Virus record (IMG/VR): IMGVR_UViG_3300040809_001127
Coordinates: 5,977-69,976 of that record
Direction: 5' to 3' (one strand)
DNA from: a virus
DNA: 64,000 nt
A model generated the notes under the pieces. The model was not told the DNA's origin. It made no database searches and was given only the letters and a program-made list of their open reading frames with translations. Position numbers and translations under genes: made by a program. Positions 56,023 to 64,000 of this stretch are shown here, piece after piece. The first letter of the stretch is position 1; every line of letters begins with the position of its first letter.

Positions 56023-59000
56023 TGGCAATTAATAAAGAAACAAGAATTAATAAGTCTAATACTTTAGAAGAGTTAAGACAAAAGACTAATAAAATTTCTC
56101 TGCATCTTGGTGATACAGATCAATTAGACAGTAATCTATCTGATAAGACATATAACTATGTTGATGTTGCTGATGGTGCTAGCTTGTTTCATACCTCAGA
56201 TGACGATGCAAAATCTGTAAGATTTGAAATTTCTCCTGAGCATGTAATTGATAATACTGGTGGATATATTATTCTTAAAGATGTATCTTCCCTTACTGGA
56301 TTTTTAGAAAATAATACAGTTACTCAATCTGGTGGATTTACTGCTACTGTTGTTTCATCTTCTGTTGATAAAATTTTAGTTGTAAATACAAGTGGCGATT
56401 TTAGTTCTTCTGAAGATTTAACAGATGGAACAAATACAATTGCTGCTGCAAACATTGAAAGAATTGTTGTAGAATCTTATAATGTTGGTATTGTAAGAGT
56501 ATATAAAAATAATACTGAAATACCTCAAGATATGAGTGCAACTGGATTCCACGTTGTAAGTGTTGCTGGTACTGTACCAATATTAAATGCTCCGGATGTT
56601 AGTGATATTACTGAAGGATTAGTATTAAATCAAAGTAATGGATTTACCGGTACCGTTTTAAAAGCAACTTCAACTGAATTACTCTTTAAGAGTATGACAA
56701 ATGCCAGCAGTTTTAATGCTGGAGCAAATTTAAGATTCCCTGATAATAGTGCTGCAATTCAAGCGGCAAATCATGGAGCATTAACAGAAGTACCTACAGG
56801 TTATGGCGTAGGTATTGAACTTAATACACCAGCTGCAGTAAATGATGATATTAAACTTATCACAATGGATACAATTGCTGCGATTAACGAATTACAAGAT
56901 GATGTTGGTGTAACTGAAAACTTAACAACTTCTGCTACAAATCTAGTAAATGCAATAAATGAGCATGACGCCGAACTTGGTACAATTACACCAAGTGCAA
57001 TGGGTACAACTGCCTCAACTGTAGAAACAGCAATTAGAGAGCATGAAGATCAAATTGGTAACCAAGACATTTCAGCAATTGCTCCTGAAGATGATACACT
57101 TACAAGAGCGTTAAATCAATTACACGCAGAAGTAGGTACATTAAGTCTTAATACATCTGCCACTGATTTGACTGCTGCAGTAAATGAATTAGAAGCTGAT
57201 TTGTTTAATGCAGAAGGTGGAGATAAGCGAACAGTTGGAGATCTTTTAACTTCAGATAATACTTCAATTGTTGATGCAATTAACGAATTACATACAGAAC
57301 TATTTGATACTGGTGTATCATTTAGTGGTCTATCTGCTGATGATTTTAAATCTGCAGTTGTAGAATTAAGAACAGAACTTGGCGATCATACTGCTCTTGC
57401 TACTGATGCAACCTCTAACTTAGTATTAGGTATTAATGAATTAGAAGCTGCTGCAAGAGGTGCAAATGCCAATTACAATTTAAGTACTTCAGCTACAAAC
57501 TTTAGAGATGGTATCAACGAATTATATGATGATATTCACACCAATGGTTCTGTTACTCTTAACACTGATGCAAATTTCTTAGTTGGCGGTATTAATGAAT
57601 TAGAAACTGCTTTAAGAGGTACAAATACAGATTATACTCTTACAACAACTGCTCAAAACTTTAGAGATGCTATTAGAGAGCATGAAACAGATATTGGTAA
57701 TATGACCTTTACTGGACTTTCTGCTACTGATATTTCTGGAGCATTAAGAGAATTAAGAACAGAACTTGGTGATGTTGAAGCAATCAATAGTAGTTTTGTA
57801 AATGATTCAAACGTTGTTGTAGCACTAAATGAATTACAAACAGAAGTAGGTGCTAATGCTTATCCAAGTGGTGGACCAGCAGATACAGCAAATGCTACTA
57901 ATCTAACAAATGCCATTAATGCAATCGATGCAGAAATCGGCGATACTGCTTATGCTGGAACTGATATTACAACAGCATTAAGTACTGCTCAAACAAATAT
58001 TGGTACAATTGGTAACCTTACAACAACTGCTACAAATTTAGTTGCTGCTGTAAACGAACACGAACTACAAATTAATAGTAACGATACTGATATTGGTAAC
58101 TTGATGACTCTTATTGATGGTGCTTCTACCGTCGATTCAAGTATTTCATTTGGTGGAAACTTAGCAGCAACTGATTTAAAAGCAGCTATTATAGAATTAG
58201 ATTCAGAAAAATTAAATATTAGTTCTGGCACACAGCAAAGTATTACTTCAGAATTACAAATTACTGGTGATGTCAACTTTGTAGATGGTGGCTCAAATGC
58301 TGACACATTTACTTTTGGTACAGGTACAGTACTTGACGTAAGTAACGCATCTATCTTATTACCTGGTTCCGCATCTAATGTAAACATATTTAGTGTTTCA
58401 TTCCTTGAGGTTGATGGTAACCTTGAAACTCCAATGGGATTCAGTGTTGATAGAGCTCATGTTTCTACAATTGCTGATACGTCTGATGTAAGAATTCAAT
58501 GGAATGAAAACCATGCAGATGGAACATCTGCTACTAAGCCAGCAAGAGGCTGGCAATTACAAGGTTTAGATGATAGTTCATCTTCTCATACTACAGATAT
58601 TGTAACTTTCTATAATGCAAAAGAATTAATTACAAGTAATACCGAATCTGGTATTAATGTTACTTGGGATGCAACGAACGAAAACTTTGACTTTAATGTT
58701 AATGACTTTACAGTAACTCTTGGAACTGGTCCTATATCTGGATCGTTTAGTGTTACGGATTTAGGTAATGCTACATTTAATACTACACTAGACAATAATT
58801 CTGTTACATTAGGAACACATACAACTGGTTCATATGTAAGAAGAATTCTTGGAACCTCAAATGAAATCGAAGTATCTAGCAATGATGTAGAAAATGCTTC
58901 GGTAACAATTGGATTACCTAACTCAGTAGATATAGTAGATCTTGATGTAACAGGTACTACAAATTCTACATCTTCCACAACTGGTGCTTTAACAGTAGCC

Positions 59001-61697
59001 GGTGGATTGGGTGTAGCTGAAGATGTATACATTGGTGGCGATTTAGTTGTACAAGGTGATACAGTTACACTAAATACAGAAACATTAACAGTTGAAGATA
59101 CATTAGTATTGGCAGGTAACGGATTAAGTTCGGAACCAACATCTGGTGGATTTGGTTTAGAAGTTGGTCCAATTACAAGTCCAAGTGGTGTTGCTTCAGG
59201 AGTAACAGGTGCTCACTCAATTGTATATAACTATGCAAATGATAGATGGGAAGCTGATGGATCGCTTATTCTTTCTGAAGCTACATTAGGCTCTCCAACA
59301 ATTGAAGGTAATACATATGCACCAAGTAATAACCTAGATTTTATTGGTGGTACTGGTATTTCTGTAAGTACTGCAGTAAATGGTAACGATATCGATGTTA
59401 CAATTACAAACACATTAGACGGTTATTCGGGTTGGTTTCTCAGTACACAAGGTACTGATAGAGGAAACATTGCTGATGATGAAAGAGTAGATTTCCACGG
59501 TGGAACAGCTCTTACAGCAACCTATGATACTACAAATAATAATAGAGTAATATTTAATCATGATAATGTTGGAGCTGGCGCTGCAACTTATGGACAAACC
59601 GGTACAGAAGATGGTACCTATATTAAGTCAATTGTTGTAAATGCTCAAGGTCACGTAACTGCAGTAACTGCTGATGACTTTGATAACAGATATGATAATT
59701 ATTCTTCTTGGACTGCTAGAGATGCAGATGGTACAAGCTATACAGTAACATCTGGCGATATATTAACATTTGCCGAAGGTAATGGTATTGATGTTAACTT
59801 TAGTGGTGATGATAATCTTTTAATTACAAATACTAAGCCTTATGATTTCTGGATTTTAGAAGATGGAGATGGAACTGAGGTTTCTATTTCTAACCAAAAC
59901 GAAGTAAAATTTGTTGAAGGATCTGGCACCGGTGCTACAATTGATATTAACTGGACTGATACAAGTCCAGGCTCAGATGCTGATCCTTATGATCTTACAT
60001 TTACAGTAAATAATACTGATAGAGGATCAAGTCAAAACATATTTAAGAATGTAGCATCACAAAGTGGTACTGCCGTTGCTGATAATAACAATGATACATT
60101 AACAATTAATGGTAGTACTGGAATATCTACATCAGTAAGTGGAGATACTCTTTCTATTCTTAATACTGATAGAGGATCTTCACAAGCTATCTTTAAAAAC
60201 TTTACTGCAGATTCTGGTGGTACAGCAACTGCAAATATAAACAATGATACATTAGTAATTAGTGGTGGAAGTGGTCTTAATTCAGTAAGAAGTGGCGACA
60301 CTATTACAATTAATCACGATGACACATCATCTCAAGCTAGTGTTAATAATAGTGGTAATACATTTATTCAAGATATTACACTTGATACCTTTGGTCATAT
60401 TACAGGAATTTCATCTGGATCTGTAAGTGTTGGTAATGGAACACTTACCTTAAATACTAGTGGTAATGGTATTTCTGGATCGCAAACATTTACAGCAAAT
60501 CAGAGCTCTGGTGCTACATTTACTGTAACATCAAATGCAACAACTGCTTCTACTGCAAATACAATTGCTTATAGAGATAGTGGTGGAGATATTCACGCAA
60601 GATTATTTAGATCTGAATATGATACAACCAATTCAAATATTGGTTATATAATGACTCAGGTAAATACTGGCTCTGATAACTATATGAGACCTTCAACACC
60701 TGCTCAATTAAGATCAGCTCTTAATGTTGCAAACGGTGCTACAGCTACTACACAACCTAATAATGCAACGATTACAGTGAGTGCTGGTACTGCATTAAGT
60801 GGTGGAGGTTCATTTACAACTGACCAATCAGGTAATGCTACAATTACAATTGATCACGCAGATACTTCTTCGCAAGGTTCTGTAAATAATAGTGGTAGAA
60901 CTTATATTCAAGATATTACACTTGATACTCATGGTCATATTACTGGTATTACTTCAGCTACAGAAACTGTTGTTAACACAGACACTAATACTGTTACAAA
61001 CATTGGCGTAAATAACACTACTTATTCTAATGGTAATATTAACTTTGTAGCAAGTGGCGCAACATCAATTAGTAAATCTGGTAATACAGTAACAATTAGT
61101 TCAACTGATACTAACACTGATACAAATAACTATGTAAATGCTGGTACTTATTCTAATGGTACACTAAATCTTACTGGTCCAGGGCTAAACTTTAACGTAA
61201 CTGGATTTAATACCTTTGGTGGTAACACATATTCTAACAATATGAACCAATATGTTAGATCGACTGATAATGTACACTTTGAAGGTTTAATGGTTGGTCA
61301 AACCTCTGGAGTTGCTGCAAATACTATTAGATGTGTAGGCGATATTGTTGCTTATTATTCTGACGATAGATTAAAGAATAGAATTGGTAATATCGAAAGC
61401 GCGCTTGATAAAGTAAATCAACTTAATGGATTTACATTTACTGCAAACGAAAAGGCATTAGAGTTAGGCGTAGAAGCAGATGGTGAAAGAGTAAGAGTGG
61501 GTGTTAGTGCTCAGGAAGTTCAAGCAGTATTACCTGAAGCTGTAACTGATGCTCCAGTAGAAAATGATGAAGGTTATATGACAGTACAATATGAAAAAAT
61601 GGTACCGTTATTAATTGAAGCAATTAAAGAATTAACAGAACAAAATAAACAATTAAGATCTGATATTGAAGATCTAAAACGTATAAATAATAGGTAA
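56022..61697 (+). CDS. Long tail fibre with C-terminal intramolecular chaperone (peptidase S74)
   Basis: Fibre repeats; GDIVAYYSDDRLK, GVSAQEVQAVLPEAV, VQYEKMVPLLIEAIKEL. Confidence 0.88.
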   Translation: MAINKETRINKSNTLEELRQKTNKISLHLGDTDQLDSNLSDKTYNYVDVADGASLFHTSDDDAKSVRFEISPEHVIDNTGGYIILKDVSSLTGFLENNTVTQSGGFTATVVSSSVDKILVVNTSGDFSSSEDLTDGTNTIAAANIERIVVESYNVGIVRVYKNNTEIPQDMSATGFHVVSVAGTVPILNAPDVSDITEGLVLNQSNGFTGTVLKATSTELLFKSMTNASSFNAGANLRFPDNSAAIQAANHGALTEVPTGYGVGIELNTPAAVNDDIKLITMDTIAAINELQDDVGVTENLTTSATNLVNAINEHDAELGTITPSAMGTTASTVETAIREHEDQIGNQDISAIAPEDDTLTRALNQLHAEVGTLSLNTSATDLTAAVNELEADLFNAEGGDKRTVGDLLTSDNTSIVDAINELHTELFDTGVSFSGLSADDFKSAVVELRTELGDHTALATDATSNLVLGINELEAAARGANANYNLSTSATNFRDGINELYDDIHTNGSVTLNTDANFLVGGINELETALRGTNTDYTLTTTAQNFRDAIREHETDIGNMTFTGLSATDISGALRELRTELGDVEAINSSFVNDSNVVVALNELQTEVGANAYPSGGPADTANATNLTNAINAIDAEIGDTAYAGTDITTALSTAQTNIGTIGNLTTTATNLVAAVNEHELQINSNDTDIGNLMTLIDGASTVDSSISFGGNLAATDLKAAIIELDSEKLNISSGTQQSITSELQITGDVNFVDGGSNADTFTFGTGTVLDVSNASILLPGSASNVNIFSVSFLEVDGNLETPMGFSVDRAHVSTIADTSDVRIQWNENHADGTSATKPARGWQLQGLDDSSSSHTTDIVTFYNAKELITSNTESGINVTWDATNENFDFNVNDFTVTLGTGPISGSFSVTDLGNATFNTTLDNNSVTLGTHTTGSYVRRILGTSNEIEVSSNDVENASVTIGLPNSVDIVDLDVTGTTNSTSSTTGALTVAGGLGVAEDVYIGGDLVVQGDTVTLNTETLTVEDTLVLAGNGLSSEPTSGGFGLEVGPITSPSGVASGVTGAHSIVYNYANDRWEADGSLILSEATLGSPTIEGNTYAPSNNLDFIGGTGISVSTAVNGNDIDVTITNTLDGYSGWFLSTQGTDRGNIADDERVDFHGGTALTATYDTTNNNRVIFNHDNVGAGAATYGQTGTEDGTYIKSIVVNAQGHVTAVTADDFDNRYDNYSSWTARDADGTSYTVTSGDILTFAEGNGIDVNFSGDDNLLITNTKPYDFWILEDGDGTEVSISNQNEVKFVEGSGTGATIDINWTDTSPGSDADPYDLTFTVNNTDRGSSQNIFKNVASQSGTAVADNNNDTLTINGSTGISTSVSGDTLSILNTDRGSSQAIFKNFTADSGGTATANINNDTLVISGGSGLNSVRSGDTITINHDDTSSQASVNNSGNTFIQDITLDTFGHITGISSGSVSVGNGTLTLNTSGNGISGSQTFTANQSSGATFTVTSNATTASTANTIAYRDSGGDIHARLFRSEYDTTNSNIGYIMTQVNTGSDNYMRPSTPAQLRSALNVANGATATTQPNNATITVSAGTALSGGGSFTTDQSGNATITIDHADTSSQGSVNNSGRTYIQDITLDTHGHITGITSATETVVNTDTNTVTNIGVNNTTYSNGNINFVASGATSISKSGNTVTISSTDTNTDTNNYVNAGTYSNGTLNLTGPGLNFNVTGFNTFGGNTYSNNMNQYVRSTDNVHFEGLMVGQTSGVAANTIRCVGDIVAYYSDDRLKNRIGNIESALDKVNQLNGFTFTANEKALELGVEADGERVRVGVSAQEVQAVLPEAVTDAPVENDEGYMTVQYEKMVPLLIEAIKELTEQNKQLRSDIEDLKRINNR
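56860..58205 (+). repeat. Coding repeats of the L-x-T-x-A-T-N-L-V-x-A-I-N-E type in the fibre shaft
   Basis: Many degenerate copies (LTTSATNLVNAINE, LNTSATDLTAAVNE, LTTTATNLVAAVNE). Confidence 0.7.
60010..60950 (+). repeat. Two pairs of duplicated fibre modules
   Basis: NTDRGSSQ(N/A)IFKN at about 60012 and 60162; H(D/A)DTSSQ.SVNNSG.T(F/Y)IQDITLDT.GHITGI at about 60315 and 60855. Confidence 0.7.
61682..61689 (+). promoter_or_regulatory. T4-type late promoter
   Basis: TATAAATA followed by TAGG RBS and ATG 61705. Confidence 0.65.
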
Positions 61698-61704
61698 GAA
61701 TAAT

Positions 61705-62043
61705 ATGGCGATATATTCTAATCTTACAGTTGACCAAGGCTCTACATTTTCAGCTTTTGTAGATGTAACAGATGCCGATGGAGATGCATTAAATTTAGAT
61801 GGGTATACAGTTGCTGGCCAAATAAGAAAAACGTATACATCATCTACAGCAGTAAGTTTTAATGCTGCAGTATCAAGTGCCATTAATGGTACAATTCAAC
61901 TTACGTTGACTGATACGCAAACTAATGCAATGAAAGCTGGAAGATATTTATATGACATAGAAATTACTTCATCGGCCGGAGAAGTAACAAGAGTATTAGA
62001 AGGACAAGTAGAAGTTACACCAGGAGTTACAAGGGCAAGCTAA
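61705..62043 (+). CDS. Small structural/fibre adaptor protein (BppU N-terminal-like)
   Basis: NLTVDQGSTF, LNLDGYT..GQIRK, GRYLYDIEI, RVLEGQVEVTPGVT. Confidence 0.7.
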   Translation: MAIYSNLTVDQGSTFSAFVDVTDADGDALNLDGYTVAGQIRKTYTSSTAVSFNAAVSSAINGTIQLTLTDTQTNAMKAGRYLYDIEITSSAGEVTRVLEGQVEVTPGVTRAS

Positions 62044-62258
62044 TGGCAAGAGTAAAAGCTAAAATTAGAAAACCTCAAGAGATTGTAGCACAGACTGTAA
62101 AAATCAGTGGAACGTTAAGACTAGGTGACCTAGTAGACGTTAATACTGGTAACCAATCCGATGGTGCAATGATGATTTTTAACGAAAATACTGGTAGTTA
62201 CGAGGTTACGACACAACTTCAGAATGAGAATCTGAATATTATTGGAGGCACATACTAA
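62043..62258 (+). CDS. Small fibre-associated protein
   Basis: LGDLVDV...DGAMMIF...IIGGTY. Confidence 0.65.
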   Translation: MARVKAKIRKPQEIVAQTVKISGTLRLGDLVDVNTGNQSDGAMMIFNENTGSYEVTTQLQNENLNIIGGTY

Positions 62259-63850
62259 TGGCAAATTTAACAAGGATTAAAATCCTTACTACCGGTACTA
62301 CAACCACTGCACCGGCAAACTTAAAAACAGGTGAATTAGCGTATTCATATGTTGCTGGTACACAGGCAAATAATGGTGATAGATTATATGTTGGTACTGG
62401 TACAGAAACAAACGGAATTGCAGCATCGGTTGATCTTATTGGTGGTAAGTATTTTACTCAACTTTTAGATCACGTACATGGAACTGCAACAGCTAGTTCT
62501 GCAATTCTTCTAGATGCTAATAAACATGTTGATTATGTTTATACATCTAATCTTACTTTAGATTCTGCTGGTGATGGAGGTTCTGAACCCACTGTCACAA
62601 GAATTTTAAGTAATGCTGATTATACTGGTGATACCACGTTATCTGGTGCATTAGATACTGATTTAATTACAGCACTTGCTGTTAAAAACTATATTGATCA
62701 AGAAGTTACAGCTCAAGACTTAGACTTTGCTGGTGATTCTGGTACAAGTTCAGTCGATTTAGATTCTCAAACATTTACAATTGCAGGTGATACTGGTATT
62801 ACGACCTCTGCCTCCGGTCAAACTATCACTATCGATCTTGATGATACTGCAGTTACTCCAGCTCAATATGGTTCTCAAACAGCTATTCCAGTATTTACAG
62901 TCGATCAACAAGGTAGAATTACAGCAGCTTCTACAGTTGCAGTAGCTACAGCACTTACAGTTGATGGTGATACTGGTACGGGTGATGTTGATCTCTTAAC
63001 AGACGATTTAAGAATTGTTGGTACTACAAACGAAATTGAAACTGTTTCTTCTAAATCTGGTACTGATGTAACAGTACAGGTTGGATTACCTGATGATGTT
63101 ACAATTGGTAATGACTTAACAGTTACTAATGATGTTGCTGTTACTGGTAATACTACAATTACTGGTGACTTAACTGTTAATGGTACTAACGTAAACCTTG
63201 GTAATGGATTAACAGACAATGTTGTTATTGCTGGTAATCTTACAGTTCAAGGTACAACAACTACTGTTGAATCTACCACAGTAACATTAGACGATCCTGT
63301 CATTGCATTAGCAGATAATACTACATCTAATACTTCTGATGGTCTTGATCGTGGTGTAAGATTTAAGTGGGGAACAGGATCTGCAGTTGCTACAGGATTC
63401 TTTGGATTTGATATACAGTCCGAAAGATTTGTATTTAGAAAAGACGAAACAGTTACATCCGACGACTTCTCATCTCCTTGGAGTGATGTTGAGTTTGGTG
63501 ATATATATGCTACAGGTGCTGATTTAGGTAATATTCAAATTGGTATTACTGGCGATAATGAAATCGATACAGTATCTGGCAACTTAACAATTGATTCAGC
63601 TGGTGGTACAACTACCATTGATGACGATTTAAGTGTTACTGGTACAGTTACATTAACAAATGACCTGGCAGTAACAGAAGGTGGTACTGGTGTATCATCA
63701 TTTACAGGTGACGCTGTAATTATTTCTAATGGAGCAGGTACTGCATTAAGTTACCTTACAAGCACATTAGGAACAGTAGGAGACATTGTACAGTTTAATG
63801 CTTCAGGCGAACCTGTAGTTTCTAACATAATCGACGGCGGCACTTACTAA
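62258..63850 (+). CDS. Tail fibre protein
   Basis: LKTGELAYS N-terminal attachment motif, GNLTVQGTTTTVES repeats, C-terminal IDGGTY. Confidence 0.8.
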   Translation: MANLTRIKILTTGTTTTAPANLKTGELAYSYVAGTQANNGDRLYVGTGTETNGIAASVDLIGGKYFTQLLDHVHGTATASSAILLDANKHVDYVYTSNLTLDSAGDGGSEPTVTRILSNADYTGDTTLSGALDTDLITALAVKNYIDQEVTAQDLDFAGDSGTSSVDLDSQTFTIAGDTGITTSASGQTITIDLDDTAVTPAQYGSQTAIPVFTVDQQGRITAASTVAVATALTVDGDTGTGDVDLLTDDLRIVGTTNEIETVSSKSGTDVTVQVGLPDDVTIGNDLTVTNDVAVTGNTTITGDLTVNGTNVNLGNGLTDNVVIAGNLTVQGTTTTVESTTVTLDDPVIALADNTTSNTSDGLDRGVRFKWGTGSAVATGFFGFDIQSERFVFRKDETVTSDDFSSPWSDVEFGDIYATGADLGNIQIGITGDNEIDTVSGNLTIDSAGGTTTIDDDLSVTGTVTLTNDLAVTEGGTGVSSFTGDAVIISNGAGTALSYLTSTLGTVGDIVQFNASGEPVVSNIIDGGTY

Positions 63851-63853
63851 TTA

Positions 63854-63861
63854 TATAAATA
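63854..63861 (+). promoter_or_regulatory. T4-type late promoter
   Basis: Intergenic TATAAATA. Confidence 0.7.
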
Positions 63862-63941
63862 CATTATGTAGCCAGTATATACTGGTTTGAAAAAATTTTA
63901 TAAACTCTATATAGAGATTGAACAATTAGGAGAAGCCAAAA

Positions 63942-64000
63942 TTGGCCCGTAATACGAATATTAGATTAAGGCGTTCTGCGACTCAGGGTGCCATCCCGAC
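63942..64000 (+). CDS. Start of another fibre protein (truncated by window end)
   Basis: AGGAG RBS, TTG start, (M)ARNTNIRLRRSATQGAIP resembles fibre N-termini. Confidence 0.55.
   Translation, partial: MARNTNIRLRRSATQGAIP

Noticed and set aside
349-63219. Numerous antisense and nested ORFs in the track (e.g. 349-681, 3881-4192, 34968-35249, 57989-58387, 62905-63219)
   Set aside because: They shadow well-supported genes on the other strand or frame, lack RBSs and have antisense-typical composition.
56022-63850. Diversity-generating retroelement or invertible cassette acting on fibres
   Set aside because: No reverse transcriptase or invertase in the window; the repeats differ at synonymous and non-adenine positions, unlike TR/VR pairs.
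1-64000. tRNA, rRNA or CRISPR arrays
   Set aside because: No cloverleaf or regularly spaced repeats seen in the short intergenic regions by eye; tRNAscan-SE would be definitive.

Overview
AT-rich, gene-dense segment of a T4-like (myovirus) phage genome with the gene order typical of marine T4-like phages. From left to right: (1) 1-6.9 kb, small probable head-packaged proteins, a zeta-toxin-like kinase, a LapG/BTLCP-like cysteine protease and an overlapping spanin pair; (2) 6.9-17.5 kb, nucleotide and DNA metabolism (nrdA, nrdB, glutaredoxin, GIY-YIG nuclease, RNase H, DenV-like glycosylase, KpsS-like glycosyltransferase, PhoH, exonuclease, HAD nucleotidase); (3) 17.6-27.1 kb, a late accessory block with an endolysin followed by a curli/type VIII secretion cassette (CsgF, CsgG, two curlin-like subunits) linked to a FecR-domain protein and a CHASE2 adenylate cyclase; (4) 27.2-34.4 kb, early genes, peroxiredoxin, gp33, dsbA, gp59, gp32; (5) 34.4-64 kb, tail, baseplate and fibre genes. 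The least expected signals are non-coding. An intergenic hairpin (30292-30337) has a loop that is antisense to the translation-initiation regions of three early-promoter genes. A structured RNA behind gp32 can pair with that hairpin. A slippery T7 run would fuse the gp26-like and gp51-like ORFs by -1 frameshifting. Several promoters are positioned to give leaderless mRNAs. All family calls come from motif recognition by eye, not database searches. No tRNA, rRNA, CRISPR array, intron or integrase was seen.
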